Positions 62,989 to 64,000 of a DNA stretch of 64,000 nt are shown one piece after another. Source of the DNA: a virus; the IMG/VR virus record IMGVR_UViG_3300009347_000009, positions 511 to 64,510 of that record. One strand, written 5' to 3'. A program made the position numbers and the translations under genes. Under the pieces are notes generated by a model, which was given only the letters and a program-made list of their open reading frames with translations, was not told the origin of the DNA and made no database searches. The stretch's first letter is position 1; each line of letters opens with the position of its first letter.

Positions 62989-64000
62989 GTCAGCTGAACA
63001 AGCTCGGCATGCTCACTGAACAGAAGTATGCCGAGCTGTTCCCCACCTCCAGCTACGTCGCCCGCAACCAGATCAAGCACCAGACCTTCGGCATGTTCGC
63101 CCAGGAATATCTGAACGGTCTGCGGGCCACACCGCGCACCCGCCGCAACTACCGCAGCCTACTCAACCACCACTGGATGCCGAAGCTGGCCACTGTGCCC
63201 CTCGACCAGATCACGCCGCTGATGCTGCAGAAGATCGTCAACGAGGGCAAATTCAGCTCCGATCACAACCTGGCCGAAGCCATCGACCAGCTGCGCCGCA
63301 CACTCAACAGTGCGGTGGATCTGGACCTGCTCGAACGCAACCCGGCCAAGAAGCTGAAAAAGCCCAAGCTCACGCGCAAGAACATCGACCCGTTCAGCGC
63401 CGAAGAAGCCGAGGCGATCATCGACTATTTATATGCAGACCCGGAGCTGGAAGCCTACGGCGCCTACTACGAGCTGGCGTTCCACACCGGCATGCGCCCG
63501 GCCGAGATTGCCGCCCTGCGCTGGGACGAAGTGGATCTGCGCAAACGCACCGCCTATGTCTGCCGCATCGTGGCTGAACGCAAGATCGCCGAGCGGGTGA
63601 AAAATAAGGTGCCGCGTTTCGTGCTGCTCAACCCTCGGGCCATGCACGCGCTGAAAGAGGCCCGGCGCATCCAAAAAGAGAGAGCCCGACAGGCTCTGAA
63701 ATTTACTGACACCCCGTTCGTGTTTGCTGACCCCCGCGGACTCAATCCATTCATCACCTCGCCGGAAATCACCGACAAGGTTTTTCAGCAGACACTGGCC
63801 GTTCTCGGCGTCCGCGCCCGGCCCCAGTACAACACTCGACACACTTATGCCAGTCGGTGCTTAATGGCGGGCATGAACCCGGGTTTCATTGCTAAGCAGC
63901 TCGGGCACAGCGAAAAGATGATGTTCGACCATTACGCGACCTGGATCGACGGCCAAGCCGACTGGCAAGAAATGGCCAAGCTCTACGGGGCCGAAAACGA
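62829..64000 (+). CDS. int: Tyrosine integrase with arm-binding N-terminus, truncated at window end
   Basis: ATG 62829 MGRKP...RIRFMWNGRRCCETL; FHTGMRPAE, YNTRHTYAS, QLGHS, DHYATWI; no stop before 64000 so absent from ORF track. Confidence 0.92.
   Translation, partial: MGRKPVAKSDGVEIVGDSFRIRFMWNGRRCCETLAYPQTPQGRQAAASLRSTVSQLNKLGMLTEQKYAELFPTSSYVARNQIKHQTFGMFAQEYLNGLRATPRTRRNYRSLLNHHWMPKLATVPLDQITPLMLQKIVNEGKFSSDHNLAEAIDQLRRTLNSAVDLDLLERNPAKKLKKPKLTRKNIDPFSAEEAEAIIDYLYADPELEAYGAYYELAFHTGMRPAEIAALRWDEVDLRKRTAYVCRIVAERKIAERVKNKVPRFVLLNPRAMHALKEARRIQKERARQALKFTDTPFVFADPRGLNPFITSPEITDKVFQQTLAVLGVRARPQYNTRHTYASRCLMAGMNPGFIAKQLGHSEKMMFDHYATWIDGQADWQEMAKLYGAEN

Noticed and set aside
63990..64000. 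Attachment site
   Set aside because: Integrase runs off the window; no att duplication can be seen

Overview
The window is nearly the whole genome of a GC-rich temperate, podovirus-like phage or prophage, probably of Pseudomonas; it is truncated in a tail gene at the left and in the integrase at the right. The minus-strand arm (1-31.5 kb) carries tail/fibre genes, a lysis cassette, a 2725-aa polyvalent ejection protein, N4-gp56-type capsid, portal, an Acb2-like anti-CBASS gene and the terminase. The plus-strand arm (31.7-64 kb) carries early genes, a candidate origin, two free-standing HNH-AP2 endonucleases, a split family A DNA polymerase, primase-helicase, ArdB/KlcA, MazG-like, SNF2-like helicase, repressor, ThyX, Xis and a tyrosine integrase. 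The most striking signal is that both inteins (in TerL and in the polymerase) show no recognisable in-frame homing endonuclease. Instead each hides a complete, different HNH-type endonuclease gene in the +1 frame, with its own SD and ATG built from intein codons, while the intein frame stays open. Also notable: about 20 copies of a 17-bp palindromic operator (TATCAGCA-N-TGCTGATA) across both arms, and several candidate structured RNAs. All calls come from reading motifs by eye; no searches were run.
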